A stretch of 64,000 nt of DNA from a virus (lineage: Duplodnaviria; Heunggongvirae; Uroviricota; Caudoviricetes), in IMG/VR virus record IMGVR_UViG_3300020718_000011, positions 1 to 64,000 of that record. One strand, written 5' to 3'. Under the pieces are notes generated by a model. That model saw only the letters and a program-made list of their open reading frames with translations. It searched no databases and was not told where the DNA came from. Every line of letters begins with the position of its first letter. The first letter of the stretch is position 1. A program made the translations under genes and the position numbers. Below, in pieces: positions 27,781-37,418 of this stretch.

Positions 27781-29506
27781 TTATATAAGAGTAATTTATA
27801 TTCTTTAGTGTGATCTCATAATATATTGTACCACCTGTTATTGTATTTGTTGCTACTGATGCTAATATTTGTTGGTAATTATCAGCAGGATTAACAGTAT
27901 AGCTAACTTCACCATTAGACAAATCAAAATACCAAATTTTGTTATTAAGATTACTAAATACACCATTTGTTGAATTAACAATGCAAGATGAATTACCAAC
28001 ACTAAGTCCCATTGTAAATACTGGATCATCCCCATCTGCCTTAGTGCCATCTATTAATTGTATTACTCCCCTTTCTATATAAAATCCATATGGTACTGGG
28101 ATTAATGGAATAGTTACAGAACCGATTGACCCTGCTCCACTATCACCATTAAACCCGAATTGTCCTTGATATCTTATAGTATTATAATGATAGTCGGTTG
28201 ATGAAAAAGTAAGATTATTGATTGTACCAAAATCACCCATATATAAATAAAAACCTTGTAAGGATTGATTATTTATATATAAATTAGTTCCCACTATGGT
28301 ACTAAGTCCAGAACCAATAAGAGTACTCAATTCAAAACTACTACTAGTTATGTTTATTCCATAAATATAACTTCCATTGGTAGTAATACTATCCATATTA
28401 CTATTTGTTAATGTTATATTATTCCAATAACTACTATTAGTTAATTCTAAATAATAAACATTTGAATTGGATAGGGTTGTACCCTGAAAACTAGACTCAT
28501 TATTCATATTAAGATTATAAATACTTGACCCAGTAAAAGTACAATTATAAAATTGGGAATAATTATTTATTGTTATTTGGTAGATACTTGTATTTGTTAA
28601 ATTGAGTTCCCCCAGATCAGAATTATTGTTAATGGAAATATTATATAAGGATGAACTATCTATAGTAAGACCAACAATAGAAGAACCATTTGTTACTAAT
28701 ATATCTTCTAGATATGGATTACTACCAATTAATTGATATGCTCCAAAGATAGAATAGTTTAATAGTGTTATTGCTTGTATAGAACCAGTAATATTGTTTA
28801 GGCATTCAAAATAGGAGTCCTCTATATTACAAGAACCAATACCCCTTGATCCATTATAAGGATCCCCCCACCTAAAAACAGCTATTGGATTAAATCCACA
28901 AAAAAACCAGTTTCTTGTTTCATAAGTAATAGAAACTCTATTATTAGAAACAATTTCATGCCTGGATGAGATGAAGTCATCAGCAAAGTCATAGGTAATT
29001 TCATCCCATGAAATATTATAATAAGAAGATATATTATCCCCCGTCGGAGGTAGAGAAATCCAGTCAGTAGTTTCAAGAGTAAAATAATCAACACTAGTTC
29101 CAGTAGATCCTGTTAAATTTTGCCATAATGTTCCACCATAGATAACAACATCATTTATATTATAAGATCCATTATAATCCCAAACCGGAAAATTTAAATA
29201 TTGGGGATTATAAAATTGACCAATCCCATTTGGAGAAAACTGATTTGTAGATAAACCATTAATTAAAATATTAGTACCCCCATACAAAGAAATATCTACC
29301 CCTGATATTATATAAATTTGTCCTGGAATAACACTTGAATTGGATACAAGGGTTTGGGCATCAGTTAATGATAGAGAAGTTATTCCTATAAAGGAAGAAT
29401 CATCATCGGTTATATAGTTAATACAATCCCTTAAATAGGTAAAATTACCATCCATTTCCACGTATGTAAGCTTTGAACCTTTATCTTGTCTTAATATTAG
29501 ACCCAT
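27773..29506 (-). CDS. tail fibre / tailspike-like protein with Asn-rich beta-helix-type repeats
   Basis: N-terminal MGLILRQDKGSKLTYVEMDGNFTYL; long run of N-x-S/T repeat units (NISINNNSDLGELNLTNTSIYQITINNYS...). Confidence 0.55.
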   Translation of the reverse strand: MGLILRQDKGSKLTYVEMDGNFTYLRDCINYITDDDSSFIGITSLSLTDAQTLVSNSSVIPGQIYIISGVDISLYGGTNILINGLSTNQFSPNGIGQFYNPQYLNFPVWDYNGSYNINDVVIYGGTLWQNLTGSTGTSVDYFTLETTDWISLPPTGDNISSYYNISWDEITYDFADDFISSRHEIVSNNRVSITYETRNWFFCGFNPIAVFRWGDPYNGSRGIGSCNIEDSYFECLNNITGSIQAITLLNYSIFGAYQLIGSNPYLEDILVTNGSSIVGLTIDSSSLYNISINNNSDLGELNLTNTSIYQITINNYSQFYNCTFTGSSIYNLNMNNESSFQGTTLSNSNVYYLELTNSSYWNNITLTNSNMDSITTNGSYIYGINITSSSFELSTLIGSGLSTIVGTNLYINNQSLQGFYLYMGDFGTINNLTFSSTDYHYNTIRYQGQFGFNGDSGAGSIGSVTIPLIPVPYGFYIERGVIQLIDGTKADGDDPVFTMGLSVGNSSCIVNSTNGVFSNLNNKIWYFDLSNGEVSYTVNPADNYQQILASVATNTITGGTIYYEITLKNINYSYIND

Positions 29507-29518
29507 TATATCCTTATT

Positions 29519-29701
29519 TTATTCTACGTAACCATCATCTACATATCCATCTACAATGTAATCGGATCCTTGTCCATATCCAGTAATTGCATATGTTAGT
29601 AATATTTCATTCCTATAAAGAACATATTTTCTCTCAATCTCTTGTTCAGAAAGATCCAGATACAAAAATTGCTCCTTAAATCTATCTAATGTAGGTACCA
29701 T
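29519..29701 (-). CDS. small hypothetical protein (first gene of fibre operon)
   Basis: 60 aa; ATATATA box just upstream. Confidence 0.3.
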   Translation of the reverse strand: MVPTLDRFKEQFLYLDLSEQEIERKYVLYRNEILLTYAITGYGQGSDYIVDGYVDDGYVE

Positions 29702-29747
29702 GATAGTATTATATATCTGTTATATAATATTCCTTTTTGTCAGTATT

Positions 29748-30539
29748 TTATTTTCTCTTTAGTAATTTGTTAGCCTTATCTAATTTAGTTAATCTTTCCA
29801 TTTCTATGCCTCTTGATCCCATTTTACTCTCTATATCAGGAATAGCTTGCTTAAATAAATTAATTATAAATCCATAATCTAACATAGTTCCCTGGTCAGA
29901 AATCTCTTTTAATTGGTCCAATACTAGATTTACCCCGGTATTTTCTCCGATACCTCCAACTAATTCATCCAATTTTTGAATTATGTGTACTGCGTCCCGA
30001 TTTTTATATAGTTCAGTCTTAAAGAAATGGTCAGTTATGAAAGTTCTCATTCTACCTGTTTTAGTTGCTCCCAAAAATATAAAATGTTTGGTTCTAGCTT
30101 CCATTTCAATAATAAACTTACCAACTGTGGGTGGAAGAGGTGGCTCCCATTCATTAAATGTCCTACCACCATTTAGACTATGGTGTGGAGAAACATCGTC
30201 AATCGTCATAAAAAAGAAGATCCTTTTATAAATTTCGCTCTGGCATCCTCTTTCCCAATCTTCCTCAGCCTTTTCCATACATTCATTGTATTCATCTGTA
30301 CCCTCTTCAAATTCAATAAAATCCCCGTCTACATCATCAAAAAATATGGTTGAAATATCAGCGGGGGTGCCTTTTTGTGGTTTTTCTTCAGAAAGTGGAT
30401 ATAGTGTAAAAAGCATACCACCGGTCTCATCATTCCCTTGGGGAACGCCCCACCAACAGTAGCTATTAATCCACCTTTTATTAGAGGGGGCTACTTCTGA
30501 CTCATTTAAGAAATTATCCCAATTAATTATTTTTCCCAT
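29748..30539 (-). CDS. acidic protein, KLTKAxxLLKRK C-tail family
   Basis: C-terminus SRGIEMERLTKLDKANKLLKRK; N-terminus MGKIINWDNFLNE resembles 20732-21445. Confidence 0.55.
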   Translation of the reverse strand: MGKIINWDNFLNESEVAPSNKRWINSYCWWGVPQGNDETGGMLFTLYPLSEEKPQKGTPADISTIFFDDVDGDFIEFEEGTDEYNECMEKAEEDWERGCQSEIYKRIFFFMTIDDVSPHHSLNGGRTFNEWEPPLPPTVGKFIIEMEARTKHFIFLGATKTGRMRTFITDHFFKTELYKNRDAVHIIQKLDELVGGIGENTGVNLVLDQLKEISDQGTMLDYGFIINLFKQAIPDIESKMGSRGIEMERLTKLDKANKLLKRK

Positions 30540-30542
30540 AAG

Positions 30543-30552
30543 GTATATATAG
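30543..30552. promoter_or_regulatory. palindromic TATATATA box in 27-nt divergent intergenic region
   Basis: aggtatatatagaaaaataatcaagc lies between divergent family genes 30539(-) and 30567(+). Confidence 0.3.
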
Positions 30553-30566
30553 AAAAATAATCAAGC

Positions 30567-31229
30567 ATGAAACATTTAAAACAATTCTTATTAAATGAGG
30601 GAAAAATATCTAAAGATATTTTAAATTCTATTATTAGTTTAGATAGATGGGGAGCATTTGAGCTTTATATTAAATGTATTACACCTGATACAGAAGAAGG
30701 AATAGCAATACAAAAAGAAATGATAAGCTGTTTTAGCCAAGGAAAAGGGGAATGGGATGTAGGTACAGATCTATATAGAGAGGATGAATTGGAAAATATT
30801 CAAAATGGTACATATGTACAGGATCAGAATGATATGGAATTAATTATCAATATCTGGCAATCAGTTATTGATAATGCCGATGTTGATAATAATTTTGGAA
30901 ATGTTGAAATCCATTCAAATGATGCGGAAAAATTCGGAGAAGAATATATGTACGATTCTAATGATTCCTTTATAGCAGAATTAGAGCCCCTCGAATTCTT
31001 AGAAGAAGTAATAATTAGGATAGATCCAGAAATAGAAAAATTAATAAATTCAGGATCCATTAAAAATGCAGTGGGAATGGGTATTATAGTAGATTATGAT
31101 CTACTATTACCGATTATTTTTAAACTTTACCCACCAATAGAGAAGAAATTTAGATTAGAGGGTGTAGATGTAGAAAGAATGAATAAATTAACAAAGGCAT
31201 CAAGAATTTTGATTAGAGGAAAAAATTAA
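30567..31229 (+). CDS. acidic protein, MKxLK / KLTKAxxIL family
   Basis: N-terminus MKHLKQFLLNEG; C-terminus GVDVERMNKLTKASRILIRGKN; divergent from 29748-30539 with a shared palindromic TATATATA box between them. Confidence 0.5.
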   Translation: MKHLKQFLLNEGKISKDILNSIISLDRWGAFELYIKCITPDTEEGIAIQKEMISCFSQGKGEWDVGTDLYREDELENIQNGTYVQDQNDMELIINIWQSVIDNADVDNNFGNVEIHSNDAEKFGEEYMYDSNDSFIAELEPLEFLEEVIIRIDPEIEKLINSGSIKNAVGMGIIVDYDLLLPIIFKLYPPIEKKFRLEGVDVERMNKLTKASRILIRGKN

Positions 31230-31798
31230 AGCCCTATTCTCTTAATAAAGTCATTTACTTCTTGGTCGTGTTCTAAGATGATAAGCCAAATGAATAATAG
31301 TACAATATGAATTGTTTCGGGTATAGCCAAGCTTCCAATTAAATGAACACAAATTCCTGGTAAAAATACAGATAAAATTCCTATAAACATACTTAATTGG
31401 GCAATTCTAAAACTAATTTTGTGTATCTTCATACCAAAAAGGAAAATTAATACAGAGACCCCGATAAAATAAGCAAAAGCTACAAAATCATGTAGACTAT
31501 AGTTCATATTTATAACTGCAGTAGCTATGAGATTTCCAATAAGAAATTTATTAACCCATTGTAAAGTTCTAGAATCAGTAAATCTACTTATGGAATCCTT
31601 TATCTTATAATAAAGAAGTGCAGATACTAATAATAATCCTCCATTCCATATCCAGCCATTCTCATTAATCCCTAACATCGATAGAGACATCTTACTAAAT
31701 TTTAGATCCTTAGTATGAAAGGTGTAGACCAAAATACTAACGAATGCTAAAATAGAAACATATAAATGTATAGCTTTTATTAATCTAACCTTTTTCAT
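31226..31798 (-). CDS. polytopic membrane protein
   Basis: 190 aa with about 5 hydrophobic helices. Confidence 0.5.
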   Translation of the reverse strand: MKKVRLIKAIHLYVSILAFVSILVYTFHTKDLKFSKMSLSMLGINENGWIWNGGLLLVSALLYYKIKDSISRFTDSRTLQWVNKFLIGNLIATAVINMNYSLHDFVAFAYFIGVSVLIFLFGMKIHKISFRIAQLSMFIGILSVFLPGICVHLIGSLAIPETIHIVLLFIWLIILEHDQEVNDFIKRIGL

Positions 31799-31839
31799 AT
31801 TAATATCTATCCATGATAACTATTAATATCTTTTATATT

Positions 31840-31895
31840 TTCTTTAACATTTAGTATTTTTTTTATCAAAGACTTTTTATTATATTTGTATATAA
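31840..31895 (+). promoter_or_regulatory. class-A phage promoter
   Basis: ttctttaacatttagtattttttttatcaaagactttttattatatttgtatata; near-identical to the 4886 copy; drives 31908. Confidence 0.6.
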
Positions 31896-31907
31896 AATTA
31901 GGGAATT

Positions 31908-32330
31908 ATGATAGTAAACATATTAAAATTAACGTCCCATAATCTACTCTTATCCAGTGATATAATCACTGGAAACGGAGCATTACTACTAATAGTGGGA
32001 ATAGGTTTATTAGCCCTTTGGGGACTTTTTGAATTGATAGACAGAAATAAATACGAAATCTATAAAGAGGACGCGGAGATAATGGATCATTTATTTACGA
32101 ATGATTCTGCAGGGGAACAAATGACAGTAGGGATTGCTACTGGTGGGATGGTATCTGCTTCTACTGATACGTGGAGTTTAAAGATCCGGAAAAAAGATGG
32201 AAATATTATTAAGGTTGAAGTTGGACCTAAATATTATAATTCAATAAAGAATGGAGATAAGGTTCATATAGGTTGTAAGGTATTTTGGATATCAAAGAGG
32301 CGTTCGTCCTGGTCAATTTATCATAATTAG
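31908..32330 (+). CDS. membrane protein
   Basis: 140 aa; TM helix LLLIVGIGLLALWGLF; preceded by promoter 31840-31895. Confidence 0.45.
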   Translation: MIVNILKLTSHNLLLSSDIITGNGALLLIVGIGLLALWGLFELIDRNKYEIYKEDAEIMDHLFTNDSAGEQMTVGIATGGMVSASTDTWSLKIRKKDGNIIKVEVGPKYYNSIKNGDKVHIGCKVFWISKRRSSWSIYHN

Positions 32331-32331
32331 T

Positions 32332-32607
32332 ATGTCAAGGTATAAGAATTTTAGCTCGGATAGAAGATATGAGGTGGCATATGGATATGATCCAGTACCA
32401 ATGGGAGGTTATTTCTTTCAAGTATTCGATAGGAATGCAATTAATGAAACAAACGACGAGGGTGTAATAGTTGACGAAGGACTTATGCCAGGAATACCAA
32501 GTAATGAAATGTTAGCACATTTGGAAAATTTGGAAAAATGGAATATCAAACTTACGGACAGGATAGCACAGCACAAGGTATTAGTAGCGTTAGATATGCC
32601 GATATGA
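32332..32607 (+). CDS. hypothetical protein
   Basis: 91 aa; first of an ATGA-coupled chain. Confidence 0.4.
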   Translation: MSRYKNFSSDRRYEVAYGYDPVPMGGYFFQVFDRNAINETNDEGVIVDEGLMPGIPSNEMLAHLENLEKWNIKLTDRIAQHKVLVALDMPI

Positions 32608-32819
32608 GTCAAGCACCTAAAATACCCGATGTAGTAATAGTACCCTTTAAAAACTTCTATGTTATTAAAGGATTTACTGACGTGGCAAAAGAAAAGTTTA
32701 AACCTTCGGAAGGTCACAAATATGCTTACTATACCAGATCATTTGCTGCACTAAATACTATTATAGTTGTATGTCTAATGTCCGGACTTTCTTGGCACAA
32801 GGAAAAAGAAATAGAATGA
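32604..32819 (+). CDS. hypothetical protein
   Basis: Track ORF 32538-32819 trimmed to the Met (MSQAPKIPD) whose ATG overlaps the upstream TGA stop (ATGA). Confidence 0.35.
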   Translation: MSQAPKIPDVVIVPFKNFYVIKGFTDVAKEKFKPSEGHKYAYYTRSFAALNTIIVVCLMSGLSWHKEKEIE

Positions 32820-33073
32820 GTAAAAATGGAATAGAGAAAGCTCGTTATTTTGATTGGGGTCTTATTAGAATTATAAAGCCTAAACGAAGAAGGCAATTAA
32901 GAACCTTATATAATTCTCTCCGTGAATCCAACCAGGAATTTTTTCACAGGATGTATGGCTCTGATATAGATGCTATACCTAAAGAGAAGCTCCGAAGAGC
33001 AATTGAACAATGCCAGGTAACAATAAAAAAGGATATTGAAAATATAGAAGCGACATTCATACGAATAAAATGA
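32816..33073 (+). CDS. hypothetical protein
   Basis: Track ORF 32771-33073 trimmed to the ATGA-coupled Met (MSKNGIEK). Confidence 0.4.
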   Translation: MSKNGIEKARYFDWGLIRIIKPKRRRQLRTLYNSLRESNQEFFHRMYGSDIDAIPKEKLRRAIEQCQVTIKKDIENIEATFIRIK

Positions 33074-33624
33074 CAAAAGAAACCAGCCCTGCTTTAAATA
33101 AGATAAGGGATTTTAAAATAAAACTCCTAACTGACCTATACAATTCTATAGGTAAAGAGGATCAAATAATTTTCCAAGATTTGTTTGGGTTTCCAATCGA
33201 GGAAATCGAGGATATGGTATTTGAAACTGCAGTTACCATGTGTGAGGATGTGATTACTAAACAAAATGCAGTACTACGGGAAACTATATTAGCCAAACAA
33301 GAATTAAACCATCTTGGACTTCTTGGATATGATTACTTATCCTCTTGTATAACTGAAAATGGTAAAGGCGTTCTTTGGGTATTTAACCACGGCAGCTATT
33401 CTAAAATAAGACACCATCTCTGTGAGTTTATAGATAATGATCGTAAGTTCTCAGAGATAGAGGACTGGTTGATAGACACCTTTTATGATTATAAGTTTCC
33501 TGCAATCCCTACTATTACTTCGATAGAATCAGGGAATAAGGAGCAATATGACGGTAGTTTATTAATTAATTATCCGTCCGGTGAAATTGGTGAAGAATGT
33601 ATCAGGATAAATTTTAAATACTAA
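33070..33624 (+). CDS. hypothetical protein
   Basis: 184 aa; ATGA overlap upstream. Confidence 0.45.
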   Translation: MTKETSPALNKIRDFKIKLLTDLYNSIGKEDQIIFQDLFGFPIEEIEDMVFETAVTMCEDVITKQNAVLRETILAKQELNHLGLLGYDYLSSCITENGKGVLWVFNHGSYSKIRHHLCEFIDNDRKFSEIEDWLIDTFYDYKFPAIPTITSIESGNKEQYDGSLLINYPSGEIGEECIRINFKY

Positions 33625-33626
33625 TT

Positions 33627-33992
33627 ATGAGACCAACATATTTATTAGCCATTGCAATTATAATTCTATCGATTGCTAATTCCATACAAGATATGAGGAT
33701 TAGTAGGCTAAGAGATAGATTAAATCATACTAATGAATTACTATTAATGGTAGATGAGAAGGTAAATCTCATATACGAATCCCAAAAAGCAAATGATACA
33801 ATCTATTGGAGGAACTTTGCCTATCAGGATTCTGTTAATGATACTGTTGCCTATTATATAAGGACTCTTGATAATAGGGCCCTTAAACTATATGGTAATG
33901 ATACATTCTTAAAAAGGAAAATATATCAACTCTATGGTAATGATACTTTCTTAAAAAACGAAATAACTAAGCTTAAAAATAAACACGACTAA
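33627..33992 (+). CDS. membrane-anchored protein with in-frame tandem repeat
   Basis: N-terminal TM helix; LYGNDTFLK(R/N) unit repeated twice, encoded by a 39-bp tandem repeat (about 33888-33966). Confidence 0.4.
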   Translation: MRPTYLLAIAIIILSIANSIQDMRISRLRDRLNHTNELLLMVDEKVNLIYESQKANDTIYWRNFAYQDSVNDTVAYYIRTLDNRALKLYGNDTFLKRKIYQLYGNDTFLKNEITKLKNKHD

Positions 33993-33995
33993 ACA

Positions 33996-34559
33996 ATGGC
34001 AAAGACAACAAAAAACAGGAAGGCTCAAAAAGCCGAAGTAACAAAGGTTCAGTTTGACAAGGCACTTGGGGATTACAGCACTAATCTTCAAACCCTTACG
34101 GATATAACTTCCGCACGGGATGTCAAGATAAAGGCAATCATGGATGAGTATGCAGGACAGATTGGAAATCTCCAGTCAGTACAGGGTGCTCAATTTGAAA
34201 CCCTAAAGAACTTCTGCCTGCAGAACAAGGATACTCTCTTCTCCGAAAAGAAAAGGAGTATGAAAACCGCATTACTGATTCTTGGCCTACGAAAAGATAC
34301 ACCAAGTGTTGTCTTGAAAAGCGGAAAGAGGTGGGAAGATGTTATCAAGTTGATGAAGGAAAAACTTCCCGGTTTCATTCGTACCAAGGAGGAGCCCAAC
34401 AAAGATGAGATTTTGGCGAAGAGGTCAGAAATTGGCCTGCAGTTAAATGAATGCGGAATTACAATCAAGCAGGAGGAGAAATTCTTCATTACCCCAATAG
34501 GGAAAGAAGAAACTCCAATTGTAACATTGGCCCCGGAAGCGGTAGAGGAAGTAAAATAA
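33996..34559 (+). CDS. hypothetical coiled-coil protein
   Basis: 187 aa, basic N-terminus, helical-looking. Confidence 0.45.
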   Translation: MAKTTKNRKAQKAEVTKVQFDKALGDYSTNLQTLTDITSARDVKIKAIMDEYAGQIGNLQSVQGAQFETLKNFCLQNKDTLFSEKKRSMKTALLILGLRKDTPSVVLKSGKRWEDVIKLMKEKLPGFIRTKEEPNKDEILAKRSEIGLQLNECGITIKQEEKFFITPIGKEETPIVTLAPEAVEEVK

Positions 34560-34576
34560 TTAAATAATCCTATAAA

Positions 34577-34885
34577 TTGAGAGCTATGCAAATTTGTGAA
34601 TCCCCTTTTGATTTTTGGTATTGTTTTACAACCTTTTATATAGCTACTATTTTTCTGGCTGGAGAGTTTGTCAGAATGGAAGCTAAATATGAAGGATGGA
34701 AAAATCCAGAAGAAACAGAGTTAATATTCTTTTATTGGATACCAATTATCAATACCTGTCTATTGTTAATGTTTTATGCCAGCTTCCGATACGACCTTTA
34801 TATACTTAAACATCGTATGGTGAGGGAAGTAGAAAAGATAATAAGGGAAGATGATGGAGAGGATATTATAAACAAATTTCTATAA
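34577..34885 (+). CDS. membrane protein
   Basis: 102 aa with two hydrophobic helices. Confidence 0.4.
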   Translation: MRAMQICESPFDFWYCFTTFYIATIFLAGEFVRMEAKYEGWKNPEETELIFFYWIPIINTCLLLMFYASFRYDLYILKHRMVREVEKIIREDDGEDIINKFL

Positions 34886-35233
34886 ATGTCGGTATCCAAG
34901 AAAATTCAAGAGCTAGTAAAGGACTCGGTTGATTATGGCATTAATCAAGCTTTACCGGAATTTATGATTTTCTTTGTCCATGCTAAGGCAAGAAGATTGC
35001 CACAAAGGGGTTGGGCTGTTATCGGAGCAACTACCAAAAAAGAAGCGAAAGAGATAGCTCAAAATGATGGATGGCTACATACTGCACGGGTAGTATCTGT
35101 CTATACCTTTGAAGAGTATTGTAAGGGAATATGTTATATTGATAATCCGGACGAAGAGTATAATCGTTTGAAGAAACTTAAAAAATTACCCAAGAAGATT
35201 CGGGATTGGCACGAATTGGAATGGGGAATATAA
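34886..35233 (+). CDS. hypothetical protein
   Basis: 115 aa; starts 1 nt after the upstream stop. Confidence 0.45.
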   Translation: MSVSKKIQELVKDSVDYGINQALPEFMIFFVHAKARRLPQRGWAVIGATTKKEAKEIAQNDGWLHTARVVSVYTFEEYCKGICYIDNPDEEYNRLKKLKKLPKKIRDWHELEWGI

Positions 35234-35238
35234 ATATT

Positions 35239-35721
35239 ATGACGGACGCAATACAAAATGGTTATACCTGGATTAAGGTAAAACAATTCAAGGAGGAAGA
35301 CTATCCCACCTTAGAAGAAAAGTACGAAGCTCTCAAGGTTCATCACCAAAAGGAGACAGAGTTCTTGATTAAGAAGGTTAGGCAATTGGACAAAGAGGAA
35401 TCTGAGTCTCCTTGCCAAAATTTCATAATGTCCTTATTTGATGTAACCAGATTATGCCAAAGGTGTAAGGATTCCAAAACGGGAAAGTGCTCTGTTATTT
35501 CTAATGTGAAGGATGTAGCAAAAAGATTGCAGGAGGCTGCGGATGCATTGATATTTGATACAGACATTAACGATGCCATAAATGCAGTAGATGCACTGGA
35601 TAGTTTAAATAGCCTCAACGTTCTTGAAAAAGAACAAGCCGATACTCTAATAGAGAAACTAAAGGTCTCATTGAGATCTATTCGTAACCGTAACAAAATG
35701 GATAATGGCAAAAAAACATAA
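35239..35721 (+). CDS. hypothetical protein
   Basis: Track ORF 35206-35721 trimmed to the first non-overlapping Met (MTDAIQNG). Confidence 0.45.
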   Translation: MTDAIQNGYTWIKVKQFKEEDYPTLEEKYEALKVHHQKETEFLIKKVRQLDKEESESPCQNFIMSLFDVTRLCQRCKDSKTGKCSVISNVKDVAKRLQEAADALIFDTDINDAINAVDALDSLNSLNVLEKEQADTLIEKLKVSLRSIRNRNKMDNGKKT

Positions 35722-36433
35722 TAGTATTGATGAAGCCCTAAAGGCTGGCAATAAGCTCCACATCTTCCGCTCGGGTGGAGGATTACGTGTTATTAACATG
35801 TGGGATCGTAATGATGTAACCGAAGGATCTATTTATTATGGGGAATGCTTTAATTTAAAAGAGGCACTCCGCATATTAGGTGATGATATTAAAGCAGGCG
35901 GACGTAAATATAAAGAAGTGTATGGTCCAATAGAACCGCATTATCTAACTGGTGCATATTGGGAAGGTACGGACAAAGGAGATCGTTGGGTAGTACTTGG
36001 ACACACAATAGATGCCGAATGGTGTGATGAATTCAAAGGCCATGAACATATGGAAGTTACGCTGAAGGGTCTTTTGGATTACAGAAGAACCCCCAAAGAA
36101 ATAACTGGTCCTGCAGAGAAGGGAGAAACAATTTGGTGGAAATATACTGATTCCGAAATGGTATATCTCACCGAACAATTCATCTTTCCTGGTAATGGAG
36201 AAATTGGAGCATCAACTAAAACAATACTAAATCCATTAAAGGAAGAAGAGGTACGTTTTCCTAAAGCATTAGTCGTTGGCGAAGGGGATACTTTTCAATC
36301 CGCATTGGATGATGCCATAATAAAAGTGGAAATTCTCGAAGAAGAGAATAAGAATAAGCCATACGTAATTATGGATGGAGCAGACAGAAAAGCATATTTA
36401 CAAAAACATAAAAACCCAGAGGTAAAAGTATGA
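35705..36433 (+). CDS. hypothetical protein
   Basis: 242-aa ORF. Confidence 0.5.
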   Translation: MAKKHNSIDEALKAGNKLHIFRSGGGLRVINMWDRNDVTEGSIYYGECFNLKEALRILGDDIKAGGRKYKEVYGPIEPHYLTGAYWEGTDKGDRWVVLGHTIDAEWCDEFKGHEHMEVTLKGLLDYRRTPKEITGPAEKGETIWWKYTDSEMVYLTEQFIFPGNGEIGASTKTILNPLKEEEVRFPKALVVGEGDTFQSALDDAIIKVEILEEENKNKPYVIMDGADRKAYLQKHKNPEVKV

Positions 36434-36819
36434 CAGTACTAGTAATGGGAGGAGAGGAAAAGGAAAAACTCCACTCCCTGAAAGAATACGCAGAAGCTCA
36501 CGAGGTGTCGCTTGATGATCTATTTGACCAAATGAATGGTCATAGGCCTTCTGTTGGAACTATGCCAGAGTACACCAGGTATATCCCTGATAGTTTTAAA
36601 GTTGTCTATAGTATCGAACAACAGCCCAAAGCAGATGTTCGCCACTGTTCCATCTCGTGTAAAACCAAAGCTCCTGCCATCGAAGCAGTAGATATGATAA
36701 TGAAAGAGCTCGGTTATGAAAATACGCTCGAATCTGGGAATTGCCATGTATATCTCGAGGATATGGATGATGGAAAGAAAGCTGTCAATGTGATTGAGAT
36801 TATTCGAATGAGACCTTAA
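36430..36819 (+). CDS. hypothetical protein
   Basis: 129 aa; ATGA overlap upstream. Confidence 0.45.
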   Translation: MTVLVMGGEEKEKLHSLKEYAEAHEVSLDDLFDQMNGHRPSVGTMPEYTRYIPDSFKVVYSIEQQPKADVRHCSISCKTKAPAIEAVDMIMKELGYENTLESGNCHVYLEDMDDGKKAVNVIEIIRMRP

Positions 36820-36829
36820 GAATTTAGTT

Positions 36830-37399
36830 ATGACAGATAAAAAGATTAAGATACTAAATTACAAAGAAGAATTGGACAAATATATGGCTAATGAGGATTA
36901 CTACGAGCCACAAATGAACATCCTTCTTAATGCAGACAATCCACCACAAGGAGATTGGTATAAGGCTATCGGGAAAAGAATGTATGAACAATTCGGAGGA
37001 AACCTTCCAACCGCGTTAAAAAACTATGAGGATATTATAAAAGATACCTCATGGAAAGGGAGATTGAAAAGATTAACAGGTGATGTATATTCCCGGATGG
37101 CTATTATGTTCCTAACTAATACATTGGGTCCAACTTTACTAGAAGATATGTTTGGTAAGCCTCTTCTTCATAGTAAATTCGGAGAGGGGTTTGATCATGA
37201 TAGACACCAAGGAGAGCAATACGCATCATATTTTGTTGAGATACTTGGTATCAAAACGCATATAGGATATGATCACAGGGGAACATCAATTGAATTTGGC
37301 AAGTATAAAGATAAGATGGGAGGAGAGACTACACCAGCACCAACTATGTTAGCATATTGTATTGCCGAGTTAGTAGAAAGGGTAAAAGAAGTAAGTTAA
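36830..37399 (+). CDS. hypothetical protein
   Basis: 189-aa ORF. Confidence 0.5.
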   Translation: MTDKKIKILNYKEELDKYMANEDYYEPQMNILLNADNPPQGDWYKAIGKRMYEQFGGNLPTALKNYEDIIKDTSWKGRLKRLTGDVYSRMAIMFLTNTLGPTLLEDMFGKPLLHSKFGEGFDHDRHQGEQYASYFVEILGIKTHIGYDHRGTSIEFGKYKDKMGGETTPAPTMLAYCIAELVERVKEVS

Positions 37400-37418
37400 C
37401 AAATAAATAATATAAAAA

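Noticed and set aside
23051-29701. Diversity-generating retroelement (TR/VR mutagenesis) targeting the tail fibres
   Set aside because: No reverse-transcriptase ORF in the window, and no adenine-mismatched template/variable repeat pair near the fibre C-termini.
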